A DNA stretch of 64,000 nucleotides, taken from NCBI RefSeq assembly GCF_009914755.1, contig NC_060935.1. The stretch is one strand, 5' to 3'. The notes under the pieces are model-generated. The model saw only the letters and a program-made list of their open reading frames with translations. It made no database searches and was not told the DNA's origin. Shown piece after piece: positions 1-12,336 of this stretch. Origin of the DNA: the human T2T-CHM13v2.0 reference genome, Homo sapiens. The translations under genes were made by a program, and so were the position numbers. Position 1 is the first letter of the stretch. Every line of letters starts with the position of its first letter.

Positions 1-39
1 CCATTGGTCTATACATCTGTTTTGGTACTAGTACCATTG
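1..39 (-). mobile_element. L1PA ORF2 fragment; non-inverted 3' part of a twin-primed L1 continuing left of the window
   Basis: Reverse complement CAATGGTACTAGTACCAAAACAGATGTATAGACCAATGG matches L1 ORF2; strand switches abruptly at ~40. Confidence 0.8.
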
Positions 40-1952
40 AAGGAGATAGAGACACAAAAAACCCTCCAAGAAATCAACAAATCCAGGAACTGTATTTTTG
101 AAAAAATTAACAAAATAAGCTGGGCGCAGTGGCTCACGCCTGTAATCCCAGCACTTTTGAAGGCTGAGGCAGGCTGATCACGAGGTCAGGAGTTCAAGAC
201 CTGCCTGATCAACAGGGTGAAACCCCATCTCTACTAAAAATACAAAAATTCGCCAGGCATGGTGGTGCACATCTGTAATCCCAGCTACTCAGGAGGCTGA
301 GGCAGGAGAATTGCTTGAACCCGGAGTCGGAGGTTGCAGTGAGTGGAGATCGCACCATTGCACTCCAGCCTCGGCGACAGAGTGAGACTCTGTCTCAAAA
401 CAACAACAACAAAAAAAGACAAAGAGAGAGAAGAATCGAATAGTCACAATAAAAAAATGATAAAGGGGATATCACCACTGACCCTACAGAAATAACAGCT
501 ACTGTCCAAGAATACTATACACACCTTTATGCAAATAAACTAGAAAATCTAGATGAAATGGGTAAATTATTGGATCCATACCCCCTACCGAGACTAAACT
601 AGGAAGAAGTTGAATTCCTCAATAGACCAATAACAAGCTCTGAAATTGAGGCAGTAATTAATAGCCTACCAACTAAAAAAAAAAAAAAAAAAAAAATCCC
701 AGAAGTATTCGCAGCTGAATTCTACCAGAAATACAAGGAGGAGCTGCTACCTTTCCTTCTGAAACTATTCCAATCAATTGGAAAGGAGGGACTCCTCCCT
801 AACTCATTTTATAAAGCCAGCATCATCCTGATACCAAAACCATGAAGAGACACAACAAAAAAGAAAACTTCAGGCCAATATTCCTAATGAACATCAATGA
901 GAAAATCCGCAATGAAATATGGGCAAATTGAATCAAGCAGCACATCAAAAAACTTAGCCACCACGATAAAGTTGCATTCATCCATGGGATACAAGTCTGG
1001 TTCAACATAGGCAAATCAATAAATGTAATCTATCACGTAAACAGAACAAAAGAAAAAACCACACAATTATCTGAACAGATGCAGAAAAGACCTTTGATAA
1101 AAATCAACATCCCTTCATATTAGAAACTCCCAAAAAACTACATACTGATGGAATATATCTCAAAATAATAAGAGCTACTTATGACAAACCCACAGCCAAT
1201 ATCATATTGAATGGGTAGGAGCTGGAAGCCTTCCCTTTGAAATCTGGTTCAAGACAAGGATGCCCTCTCTCACTACCCCTATTCAACATAGTATTGGAAG
1301 TTCTGACCAGGGCAATCAGGCAAGAGAAAGAAATAAAGTGTATTTAAATAGGAAGAGAAGAAGTCAAGTTGTCTCTGTTTGCAGACGACATGATTTTATA
1401 TTTAGAAAACCCCATCATCTCAGCTCAAAAACTTCTTGAACTGATAAGCAACTTCAGCAAAGTCTCAGGATACAAAATCACAAGCATTCCTTTACATCAA
1501 CAATAGGCAAGCAGAGAGCCAAATCATGAATGAACTCCCATTCACAATCACTGAAAAGAGAATAAAATACCTAGGAATACAGCTAACAAGTGATGTGAAG
1601 GACCTTTTCAAGGAGAAGTACAAACCACTGCTCAAGAAAATGAGAGAGGACACAAACGAATGGAAAAATAGTCCATCCTCATGGATAGGAAGAATCAATA
1701 TCATGAAAGTAATTTATAAATTCAATGCTATTCCCATCATACTACCATTGACATTCTTCACAGAATGAGAAAAAAACTGTTTTAAATTTCATATGGAATC
1801 AAAGAAGACCCTGTATAGTCAAGACAATTCTAAGCAAAAGAACAAAGCTGGAGGCATCACACTACCTAATGTCAAACTATACTACAAGGCTACAGTAACC
1901 AAAACAGCATAGTACTGTTACCAAAACAGACATATTGACCAATGGAGTAGAA
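40..1952 (+). mobile_element. L1PA ORF2 segment (RT region), decayed; inverted 5' segment of the same element
   Basis: Continuous L1 ORF2 similarity, including CTGTTTGCAGACGACATGATT (LFADDMI). ORF 1526-1768 [16 protein letters not shown] is ORF2-like. Stops and small deletions present. Confidence 0.93.
118..417 (+). mobile_element. Alu, AluSg-like, inserted in the L1
   Basis: Full dimer with GATCACGAGGTCAGGAGTTC diagnostic and A/CAA tail. Confidence 0.93.
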
Positions 1953-2556
1953 TTTCAGGGGTTCAAAAGCAATGAGATTTATTTTCAAAATTCTTTGAAA
2001 AAACATTTTTTAATCAGATAATAAATCTATCTGTGTGTCCGTAGGTATTTCATGTTTCATTGTACCTATAACATGATTTATTTTAAAATAAAAATAAACA
2101 TAGGCATAAACAGCAACATCACTGTTTCAACTAGAGAGTTCCATATGGCCCCTACCCCACATTTGTTCCTTTAAGTGAGAAATCTAATACTAGGGTATTA
2201 AATTCAGTACTTTCTTTGAAAGTCTAAAATACTTCCAAATATGCACATACAATTTTCGTAAATGTGCCCTTTGAATTTTCACAAACTTTGCACTTCGTGT
2301 AGCCTCCAAGCATATCAAGAAAAAAATAAACATTATCAATACCAGAGAAGCCCACTCTTGCCTCTTTCTGGTCAATAACCTACACCCTTCAACATTATAC
2401 AGATGTCTAACAGTAAATATTATTTATTTTCTGTTTTGTACTTTATATAAATGCAATCAAAGTGTATTTTTTTTGCATCTGCATTTATTGTTTCAACATT
2501 CTCATTGTGTTTGTTTATTCTTATCTCAGTATAGCACTACATTATTTGATATATTA

Positions 2557-3440
2557 TAACCAAGGAGGTGAAAGATATTTACAAGGAAAACTACAAAACA
2601 CTGCTGAAAGAAATCATAGATGACACAAACAAATGGAAACATGCCATGCTCATGGATGGGTAGAATCAGTATTGTGAAAATGACCATACTACCATTAAAT
2701 GCAATTCCTATCAAAATATCATTATCATTCTTCTCAGAACTGGAAAAAAAATCCTAAAATTCATATATAACAAAAAACAGCCTCCAAAGCAAGACTAAGT
2801 AAAAAAAGAACAAATCTAGAGGCATCACATTACCTGACTTCAAGCTATACTACAAGGCTATATTTACCAAAGCAGCATGGTACTGTTATAAAAATAGTCA
2901 TGTAGACCAATGGAACAGCATAGAGAACCCAGAAATAAAGCCAAATAGTTATAGCCAACAAATCTTTGACAAAACCAACAAAAACGTAAAGTGGTGAAAG
3001 GACACCCACTTCAACAAATGGTGCTGGGATAATTGGCAAGCCACAGGTAGAAGAATGAAACGGGATCTTCATCTCTCACCTTATAGAAAAATCAACTCAA
3101 GATGGATCAAAGATTTAAATCTAAGACCTGAAACCATAAAAATTATATAAGATAAACGTTAGGAAAACTCTTCTAGACACTGGTTTAGGCAAAGAGTTCA
3201 TGACCAAGGACCCAAAAGCAGATGCAACAAAAACCAACGTAAATAGATGGGACTTAATTAAACTAAAAAGCTTCTGCACAGAAAAAGAAATAAATGATAA
3301 GCAGAGTAAACAGACAACCCACCAAATGGAAGAAAATATTCATAAACTATGCATCTGACTAAGGACTAATATCCAGAATCTACAAGAAACTCAAATCAAT
3401 CAGAAAAAAAAAAATCCCATCAAAAAGTGGCCTAAGAACT
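2557..3440 (+). mobile_element. L1PB/old L1PA ORF2 3' fragment, truncated at both ends
   Basis: AACCAAGGAGGTGAAAGAT...CCCATCAAAAAGTGG; no 3'UTR or poly(A). Confidence 0.88.
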
Positions 3441-3505
3441 AAAGGGGCTGAGAATAATTTTATGTGATTATTGACCTCTTAGATTTCTTGTTTGGAAAAG
3501 GACAT

Positions 3506-3862
3506 TTTATTAGTGTGTTTCATACTGCTAATATAGACATACCTGAGACTAGGTAATTTATAAAGGAAAGAGGCTTAATGGACTCACAGTTCCACATAGC
3601 TAAGGAGGCCTCACAGTCAAGGCATGAGGCAAAGGAAAAGCAAAGGCATTGTCTTATATGGTGGTAGGCAAAAGAGCTTGTGCAGGGGAACTTCCATTTA
3701 CAAAACCATCAGATCTCCTGAGTCTTCTTCACTAGCATGAGAACAGTATAGGGAGAAACCGTCCCCATGATTCAGTTATCTCCACCTGGCCCCACCCTTG
3801 ACACTTGGTGATTTTTACAATTCAAGGTGTGATTTGGGTGGGGACACAGCCAAACAATATCA
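3506..3862 (-). mobile_element. THE1 (THE1C-like) MaLR solo LTR
   Basis: Ends GATTTGGGTGGGGACACAGCCAAACAATATCA, the reverse complement of the THE1 start; ~355 bp. Confidence 0.9.
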
Positions 3863-4467
3863 TAGATGTTCAAGTACTTTGGCCATTTTTTGTTGTTGTT
3901 TAATTGTTTGCCTTTTCTTACTGCTTTTTAGTAATTGCTTAATTGTACTCTGAACATGATTTTTATGTCATATGTATATATCAGAAGTATCATCTCTCTG
4001 TGACTACTTTTTGAATCTCATAATTTTTTAAAGGAAATGTTCTTAATTTAAATACAGTCAACCATATCTCTTATCTTCATGGTATTTGAATCCTTCATGT
4101 GGGAACTATGCCTTCTTCAAGTCATAAAGATGTTCTCCTATTTTTTTCTAGAACATTCATAATATTACCATTCTCATTTATGTCTACAATTCTTCAGGAA
4201 TGTATTTTTGTGTATAACATAGAGTACAGATCCAGATCCATTTTTTTCCCCATATAGATATGAAATTGACTAAGAACAATTTATAGAAGAGTCATTTCTC
4301 TACTTTGTTCTAGGATCACATTGTTATGAATTAGGTGCATAGGTGAATTTGTTTCTGGATTTGATTATGCCTATTGGTTTAACTGTCAGTCCTCAAATCA
4401 ATACCACACTGTCTTGAGAAATATATTTTTATATTTAGATTTTTACTGTATATGTTTAGCAAAATTA

Positions 4468-4608
4468 TTTTTTGTTGTATTTGTTTGTTTTTAGAGATGG
4501 GATCTAACTATGTTGCTCAGCCTGAACTCAAATTCCTGGGCTTAAGTTATCCTTCCACCTCAGCTTCCCACTTAACTGGGGACACAGGTGTATACCACCA
4601 TGGCTGGC
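4468..4608 (-). mobile_element. FLAM-type Alu monomer
   Basis: TTTTTAGAGATGGGATCTAACTATGTTGCTCAG...CACCATGGCTGGC; single monomer. Confidence 0.8.
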
Positions 4609-4755
4609 TCATGATATTTCAATATACGTATACATAGTGAAATAATTACTACAGATAAGCAAATTAACATATCCATGATGTCAAATGGTTTCCTTTTTTG
4701 TTGGTAAAAGTACCTAAAATCCACACTTTTATCCAGTTTTCAATAGTACTAACTA

Positions 4756-5072
4756 GAGTGGTTCCCCCGATAACTTGTGGTTTCACTTTCTATGGTTTCA
4801 GTTGCCCATGGTCAACCACAATCCACAAATATTATGTAAAATAATATATTGAGAGAAATTACATTCACATAAATTTAACTACAATATATTGTTGTAATTG
4901 TTCCTTATTGTTTTTAATATCTTACTGTACAAAATTTATAAGTTTAACTTTATCATAGATATGTATATAGATAAATAGAAAATGGAGTATATATAGGGTT
5001 TGATAATATCCATGGTTTGAGACATCCAAGAGGATGTCGGAACATGTCTTCTGCTATAAGAGGGTACTAGTC
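4756..5072 (+). mobile_element. MER44A (Tigger7-derived) DNA transposon
   Basis: Matches the recalled MER44A consensus; TA flanks and degenerate terminal inverted repeats. Confidence 0.82.
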
Positions 5073-5339
5073 TATTGTCTTCATTGATGTATCTTAAATC
5101 TCTAGATTTATGAAACTGTAACTTTGTACACTTTCACCTTGGTATCCTCATTCCCCCACTCCATCTCTCTACCTGGTAACCACCTATCTTTTGTGTTTTT
5201 ATGTATTCAAGTTTTTTTGTTGTTATTTTCAATCCAAATGTAAGTACAATCATTCCGTATTTTTCTTTCTGTGACTGGTTTATTGCACTTAAAATAATGT
5301 CTTCTAGGTTCATCCATGTTGTTGCAAATTGCTGGATTT

Positions 5340-7133
5340 TGTCACAGAATCTTAGGTGTTCCATCACTAACCAGAAAACTCTGTGGCCGGTGGCACCTCT
5401 GCTTGGGTTTTGCTCATGTCTGCTGGACTCATTCCACCCATGCGGCCCAGCAAGCTGTGGTTGGCTTGCACTATCCGCCCAGATCCCATGCCTGACAAGG
5501 GCGAGCCAAGCACGGAGCAGCTAGTGGTGTGTGAGCAAGTGAGTGTGGGGTCCAGCCACTGCGCACAGCAAGGTGTGCCAGCTGTGGCAGGATAGGCAGC
5601 TCCAGGTGCTGGCACAGGCACTGGCTCCACGTGAGGGTGCAGCTGTACCAGGCATACTGCAAGCAGCTTCCACTGTAGGCTCTGGGGAACATGGTGTAGC
5701 CCGAATGCTCAGAGATGCCAGGAAGCACAGAGCTCCAAAAGGGTGTTACAGGGTGTCACAGCCCAGGCTCAGGGAGCCCCACAGTCTGGGCCCCCAGAGG
5801 GGCCACAACTCTTTTCTCCTCATCACCTTCAGGGCAGTGAGCAGTGGAGTGGGGGTGTGTTTTGGGGGTGTGTGTTTCAGCCCATCCGTGTTACAGCTAT
5901 TTCAGTACTGCTGCCCTGCTCCGGCCCACAGCTCCTGGGCTGTCCAGGCCCTGCCACTGCTTCCCAATGCATTTGGCAGCTGCTGGGCACGGGCATAAGA
6001 TGGGAGGGCTATAGTGTTACCACAGCTCAGCTAGGGGAACCCCAAGGTCTGGGCCCCCAGAAGGGTCGCCACTCTTCACTCCCACAGTCTGGGAGCATGA
6101 CACATCCTGCAGCTCAGCAATCCAGTCCGGAACATGTCACAGCTCCTTTCGCTCCTGCCAGTGGGTTCCAAATTGTTCTCCTGCATCCAGGAAGAATGAG
6201 GTTATGTGGACAATTGGAGGATGAACAAGGTAAAGAGGAGCTTTACTGAGCAACAGAACAGCTCCTGAAGTGGGTAACTCCTATTTACAGGCAGGCCATC
6301 CTGAAGAGCGCAGTGGAGACCCAAAGTGGATAGCTCCTATCTGCAGGCAGGTCTTCTTGAAGAGTGTCTGAGTCTGGCTGAGTCTGGGGGGTTTTAATGG
6401 GCTCATAAGGGAGAAAGCATGTGCTGATTGGTCCATGTTGGCCATGGGTGGGCCTGGAAAAAGCACCATCCAACCAGCCAAAAGACTTATTAAGGAAGTT
6501 TTCACTGTGGGTTGACTCCATCCGGAACTGGCAGCGCAGTCCCCAACCTTCAGGCTGTCCCTGGCTTGAAGGTGGGGTTTCACCAGAGACCCACCTCTTC
6601 CCACCTAGGAACCTGTCTGCCTCCTGCTGACATCAACATGCTGTCTACAGCACCCAGGAAGTCCATGCAAGGGGCACTTGCAGGCCCATGGCTAGCTGCC
6701 TTCAGCTCCCCAGCTTCCCTCCCATGCTCGACGGTGTCCAAAGTCCAAAGGGGGCTGAGGTGTCAGGGGCCTGGCATGTCAGCACTACCCTGGGCATGAG
6801 CATACCTGGCCAGGTCACAATAGCACCTGGGCTCTGCCACAACTTTGCTCCACATCAGAGTGGGTGCTGGGAGCAGGGAGAGGCCAAGGAGTGGGAGGAG
6901 GCACTTTAAGCCTGCGGGGGCAGGGGGCTTCTCAGGCCCCAAGAGCACAGGGATGCCCAGGTCTGGAGCTGCAGCTGCGCCTGGGAACATGGGGCTCTAG
7001 CCCTACCAACTCACTAGCGGGTGGGGATCTCATCTGTTCCTGGCTCCACGGAGCACATAGCTCTGGCCGCACCTCTCCTGCTGCAGCTGGCGTCTTCCTC
7101 ACAGCGGCCGCCCTAGGTAGGCTGCTGCTATCA
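5340..7133 (-). mobile_element. MER52-family ERV1 solo LTR (~1.8 kb, GC-rich)
   Basis: TG...CA termini; perfect 4-bp TSD ATTT (5336-5339, 7134-7137); minus strand starts TGATAGCAGCAGCC..GCGGCCGCTG like MER52. Confidence 0.87.
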
Positions 7134-7371
7134 ATTTCCTTCTTCTATAAAACTGAAAATAATTCCACTGTGTATATAGACCACAATTTCTTTATTCATT
7201 TATCCATCAGTGGACATTTAGGTTGTTTCCGTATCTTAGCTATTGTGGATATTGCTGAAAAGAACATGGGGATATAGGTATCTCTATGAGGGTCTAATTT
7301 TATTTATTTTGAGTAAATACCTGAAGAAAGATTACTGGGTCCTATGAGAGTTCTGTTTTTAGTTTATCTGG

Positions 7372-7782
7372 TGTATTCTGCCATTCTTGCATTTCTATAA
7401 AGAAGTACCTGAGACTGGGTAATTTATAAAGAAAACAGTTTTAATTGGATTACAGTTCTGTAGGCTGTACAGGAAGCATGGCACCGGGCATCTTCTTGAC
7501 TTCTGATGAGGCCTCAGAAAGCTTACAATCATGGTGGAAGGCAAAGGGAAAGCTGGCACATAACAAAGCGAAAGCCTGAGCAACAGAGAGAGAGTGGTGG
7601 AGGGAGTGTTATACACTTTTAAACAACCAAATCTCACGAGAATTTACTATTTTAAAGAAAGCACCAAACAATGAGGTATTCACCCCCATGACACAAACAC
7701 CTACCATCAGACCCCACCTCTGGAATTGGGGATTACAATTAAACATGAGATTTGGGTGGAGACAAATATCCAAACTCTATTA
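7372..7782 (-). mobile_element. MST (MSTB-like) MaLR solo LTR
   Basis: CTATAAAGAAGTACCTGAGACTGGGTAATTTATAAAG...GAGATTTGGGTGGAGACAAATATCCAAAC. Confidence 0.88.
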
Positions 7783-7895
7783 TCCAAGAACCTTCATATT
7801 CTTTCCACCATCACCGCACCAATCTACATTTCAAAAAACAGTGCACAAAGGTTCCTTTTGCTCCACACCCTTGTCAACATTTGTTGTCTCTTATC

Positions 7896-7946
7896 TCCTG
7901 AACTGAGTAGCTGAGACTACAGGTGCATGCCCCCATACCCAGCTAA

Positions 7947-7979
<33 letters not shown>

Positions 7980-8100
7980 TTTTGTAGAAACAAGGTCTTG
8001 CTATGTTGGCCAGGCTAGTCTTGAACTCCTGACCTCAAGCTGTCCTTCCACCACAGCCTCCAAAAGTGTTAGAATTACAGGTGTGAGCCACTGATCCAGC
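7896..8100 (-). mobile_element. Partial AluJ (tail and most of right arm missing) with (TAT)n in the linker
   Basis: GGTCTTGCTATGTTGGCCAGG diagnostic; TTA repeat 7948-7977. Confidence 0.85.
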
Positions 8101-8532
8101 TCTTGTCTTTTTGATAAAAGACATTCTAATAGCTGTGAGGTGATAGCTCACTGTGGTTTTGATTTGCATTCCCTGATGATTAATGATGTTGAGAACATTT
8201 TCATATACTGTTGGCCATATTTATGTTTTATTTGGAGAAATAATTATTCTGGTCCTTTGGTCATTTTAAAATCAAGTTGTTCATTTTATTTTGCTATTGA
8301 GTTGTGTGAGTTCCTTATATGTTTTGGATATCACCTCTTATCTGATACATGTTTTATATATTTAGATATTGATCACTATGTGGATCTCCAGTTTTGCTTT
8401 TCTTAGTATATGGTTTTGTTTTGTTTTATTTGAATTTGATTTTTTAAAATATATTTTCTTGCCCTATATTATGTAGATCTGTGGGAAATAAGGAGATAAA
8501 AGCTGAGATCTTCATTACCCTTGATATGTATA

Positions 8533-8839
8533 TAGTTGTCCCTTGGTATCTGCAGGGGATTTGTTCCAGGACTCCTTGTGGATACCAAAATCCACAGATA
8601 CTCCTGTCCTTTTTATAAAATGGTCTAATATTTACATATAACCTACACATCCTAGATAATTTATAATATCCAATAAATGCAAATGCTCTGTAAGTAGCTG
8701 TTATACTGTATTGTTCTTAAAATTTCTATTATTTTAATTGTTGTATTGTTATTTTTTATTTTCTGTTTTGGCTATTTTTGATCTATGGTTGACTGAATTC
8801 ACAGACATGAAACCTGTACATATGGAAAGTCACCAACTC
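8533..8839 (+). mobile_element. MER2 (Tigger-family) DNA transposon
   Basis: AGTTGTCCCTTGGTATCTGCAGGGGATTTGTTCCAGGAC start and ...CCAACT end. Confidence 0.85.
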
Positions 8840-9590
8840 TCTCTCTCTCTCGCTCTCTCTCTCACTATAGTTAGATAGATAGATATGCACACACACATGC
8901 ACATACATCATGTTAGTACATTTCCCTAACCCGGTTGAACATCCATACATGTGATCACACACACATACACACACAGACACATTGCTTAAGGTGACATCTT
9001 TCAGAGAACTGTGAAGCATAGAAATGTTTATATTTATCCTAAGAGGACCAGGTTTTCCTACAGTTTGATAAATCCTCCATTACGTATTCCTTTTTCTAAG
9101 GCTGGAGTCCTTCAAATTAGAATTTCCTCTGAGGGCAAAATCCCTGAAAAAATTACCAATTGTTTACAGTGATGGAAAAGGTAAACAGACTTCCCACTAA
9201 TCAAGGTTTTTTTAATAATGGAAGATTCAGAATTTAAGCAGTTTATCTTCTGCTTCATTATTGATATATTTAAAAAATAATCCTTTAATATATGTAATCT
9301 TCAAACTTACAGAACTTCTTACTCATTTTCCAGTAGGTTTATTTATTTCTTCTGCATTAATACACTGGAAAGACCTTAAAAAATTTTTATTGTTTTTGAT
9401 ATCAGGCATTCTTGACTGAATATTTTGATTATTATTTTTAGCCATAATATATCTTTTTAACAGGTTACTTAATATTAGTCACTTTACTTAATTTACATGT
9501 TAGAGACACATTTTAGAATTTTATGTTTTAATTTGGAAAAGATATTAGATTTCTCAACATCTCATCTATACCAACGGAAATTTTAATTTC

Positions 9591-9891
9591 TTTTTTTTTT
9601 TTTTTTTTTTGAGATGGAGTCTCGCTCTGTCGCCCAGGCTGGAGTGCAGTGGCGCGATCTAGGTTTACTGCAAGCTCTGCCTCCCAGGTTCACACCATTC
9701 TCCTGCCTCAGTCTCCTGAGTAGCTGGGACTACAGGTGCCCGCCACCATGCCCAGCTAATTTTTTGTATATTTAGTAGAGACGTGATTTCACCGTGTTAG
9801 CCAGGATGGTCTCAATCTCTTGACCTCGTGATCCGCCCCCCTCAGTCTCCCAAAGTGCTGGGATTACAGATGTGAGCCACCATGTCCGGCC
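9591..9891 (-). mobile_element. AluY
   Basis: GCAAGCTC and GTGTTAGCCAGGATGG diagnostics, poly(T) tail. Confidence 0.95.
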
Positions 9892-10459
9892 ATATTTCTT
9901 ATTTTTTGAACTCATATATTGCTTTCCATTTACCTAGAGGTTTCGATTTGAACTAACCATATTTTTTCATTAGTTATTTTCTCAAGACTATTTGATAATA
10001 TTGTCCTTAATATTTTTATGTCCATATCTATGTAGAAAGTTTGTATATTTTGAAAATTGTAAGTCTATATGTGTTGTTATTTTTTGTTCAGTGTTGTCTT
10101 TTTGCAAATAGATTCATTACATTTCTGTATTTGTGTATAGCTGTATAACTTTATATAGCAGGTACTATTTTGATACTTAAAATAATTTACCTGAAAATTT
10201 ATCTGGCAACTCATCTTTATGTGATTTTTACATTTAAGAAACTATTATAGTTTCAGTGCAGAGTTTCTATATTTAGTTGTCAATTTTGCTAATTGATATA
10301 TATTTTTAAAATAATATAATGTTTACATTCTCAGTTTGGGTGTAGAGCTATATACAGTGTTATTTAAAATGTTTTATTATAATCTTTTCAATATTTTAAA
10401 TGTCTAATAACATATACAGCAAAAATACTTTTCATATTAATTTTTTAATAAACATTGAT

Positions 10460-10610
10460 TTATAAAAAGTGTTCTGGGATTTTGTTTGGAAATGCATTAA
10501 CTCTGTATATGAATTTGAGGAGAATTGACATCTTATTAATATTGTGTCTTCCAATCCTTGGGCACATTACATTTATAAATTTATTTATGTCTTTGATTTC
10601 TTTCATCATT
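10460..10610 (-). mobile_element. Ancient L1M ORF2 fragment
   Basis: GGGATTTTGTTTGGAAATGCATT...GGAGAATTGACATCTT. Confidence 0.7.
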
Positions 10611-11424
10611 TTTGCTTTGTTTTGTTTTCAGCAACAGAACTTAAAGGAAAATTTATTTTGTCTATTTTTGTAGTACATTGGAGATTACCTGATTCATAGT
10701 AGTTGCTCAATAGATATTTGTCAAATAAGGAAATGAGCTGAGAAAAGTCTAGACAAAGCAAACGTATGCAGGGCTTATTCGGGGGGTTGGCAAAAATTAA
10801 TGAGGAGAAATCAGAGTATATTTTAGAGCTCAGAGTTTGAAATTATGATATGAAAATAGCACCATGGCATATGGGGTGGTATCAGACTCTTTATTTTATT
10901 TACACTTGAAAGCATCAGCGTTTGGAGCAAGGTGAGATATTTATATTTGCTTGACCCATGTGTGCTACATTTGGAAACATAAATGCATGAATGGCCATTC
11001 ATGCTGAAATATTTTAAAAAGTAATGGATAGTAAAGAGATAGCTCAAATTTGGCTGAACGTGCAATATTTTGTTACAGCCTACAAAGTCAAGAAAATAAA
11101 TTTAGAATAATGTGTAATATCCTATAAGAAATATGTACTTATTTCTTATGTACTCATCAAAAGAGATGAGTCTCATCCATTTGGATGAGACTATGTATTC
11201 ATCCAAATATTTGAATTTGATTAAGGCAATTATGTTTGTCAAAATTACTCAGAACTCATTTTCGAAATCATAGATTACAGTGTTGGAAAGAGACTTAAAT
11301 GATCGCACGTTTCTAGACACTTCAATATTATCAAAATTTCTGACAAAACGAGAATCCAATTTATGTTTACAATAATTAATAATGACATTGCACATACTTT
11401 TGACTCTGTTCTGATTCCTTGACA

Positions 11425-11552
11425 TATACATTATTAATTATTTATTTCTCACAAATTTCCCACGACCCAAGAATAATTATTATTTTCACTTTATAGATGA
11501 GAAAACAGAGGCAAGAAAGATTATCTGACATACTCAAAGTCATGCAGTAAAT
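11425..11552 (-). mobile_element. MIR
   Basis: MIR core TTTATAGATGAGAAAACAGAGGC...CAAAGTCATGCAG. Confidence 0.75.
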
Positions 11553-11831
11553 TATTTACTTTTTCTTAAATATGTGACAATTAAATTTATCTCAATGTTT
11601 TTTGTAAGCCTAGGTAATTTAAATATTTAAATATTCTTTCCTGATATGCTTGCATTTTCCTTGTTAGACATCTCACTCCCACTTCTTATATAACATTTTT
11701 CAACTTTTCAACACTTGTATAGCTATGGTATTTATATGCCATAATAAAAAGTAACTATCATTAAAATTACATTTTTATAACCTCAAATTTGTTTTTTTCA
11801 TAGTTTTATGCCATGAAATCGTGTACTTGTG

Positions 11832-11832
<1 letters not shown>

Positions 11833-11880
<48 letters not shown>

Positions 11881-11890
11881 GTCTTCTATC
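11833..11890. repeat. (TATC)n tetranucleotide microsatellite
   Basis: Direct reading. Confidence 0.97.
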
Positions 11891-12283
11891 TGTCAAGGTT
11901 CCTCAGAGAAAAAAATAAACAACAGGATGTGTGTGTAGGTATATAAAAATATTAATCACCTCACACAATAATAGAGCAGATCAAATGTGTAGTTTGGGCC
12001 AGAAATCTCAAAATTCAGGAGAACTAATGATGGAGATAAAGTTCAAAAGCAGTCTGCTGAAAAATTTCCTCTTACTCAAGGGAGAGTCAGTTTGCTTGTT
12101 CTATTTGGGCTTTCAAATGATTGCATGAGACCCTTTTACATTCTGACAGCATTGTTTTACTCTACCAATTAAAAAGTTAATCTCACCCAAAAACTGTCAT
12201 GGAAATATCCAGAAAAATGCCTGACCAAGTTATCTGGGCACTCTGTGGCCAAGTCCAGTTGACAACTAAATTACCCATCTTTA
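11891..12283 (-). mobile_element. MLT2-family ERVL LTR
   Basis: GGTTCCTCAGAGAAA...GCAGTCTGCTG...TATCTGGGCAC...CCAGTTGACA...AAATTACCCATC. Confidence 0.78.
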
Positions 12284-12286
12284 CCT

Positions 12287-12287
<1 letters not shown>

Positions 12288-12336
<49 letters not shown>

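Larger units (their letters stand above)
2215..4430 (-). mobile_element. Ancient L1ME/L1MC-type 3' region, interrupted by a younger L1 fragment and THE1
   Basis: Degenerate L1M 3' motifs (TTTTGTACTTTATATAAATGCAATC; GTTCAAGTACTTTGGCCATTTT; CAATACCACACTGTCTTG). Confidence 0.65.
4425..8350 (-). mobile_element. L1MA 3' region hosting FLAM, MER44A, MER52, MST and AluJ insertions
   Basis: L1MA 3' motifs resume collinearly across each insertion, e.g. GCAAATTGCTGGATTT|CCTTCTTCTATAAAACTGAA. Confidence 0.8.

Noticed and set aside
5201-7277. Cluster of 100-168 aa ORFs
   Set aside because: They lie within or overlap the GC-rich MER52 LTR, overlap each other on both strands, and show no recognisable domain.
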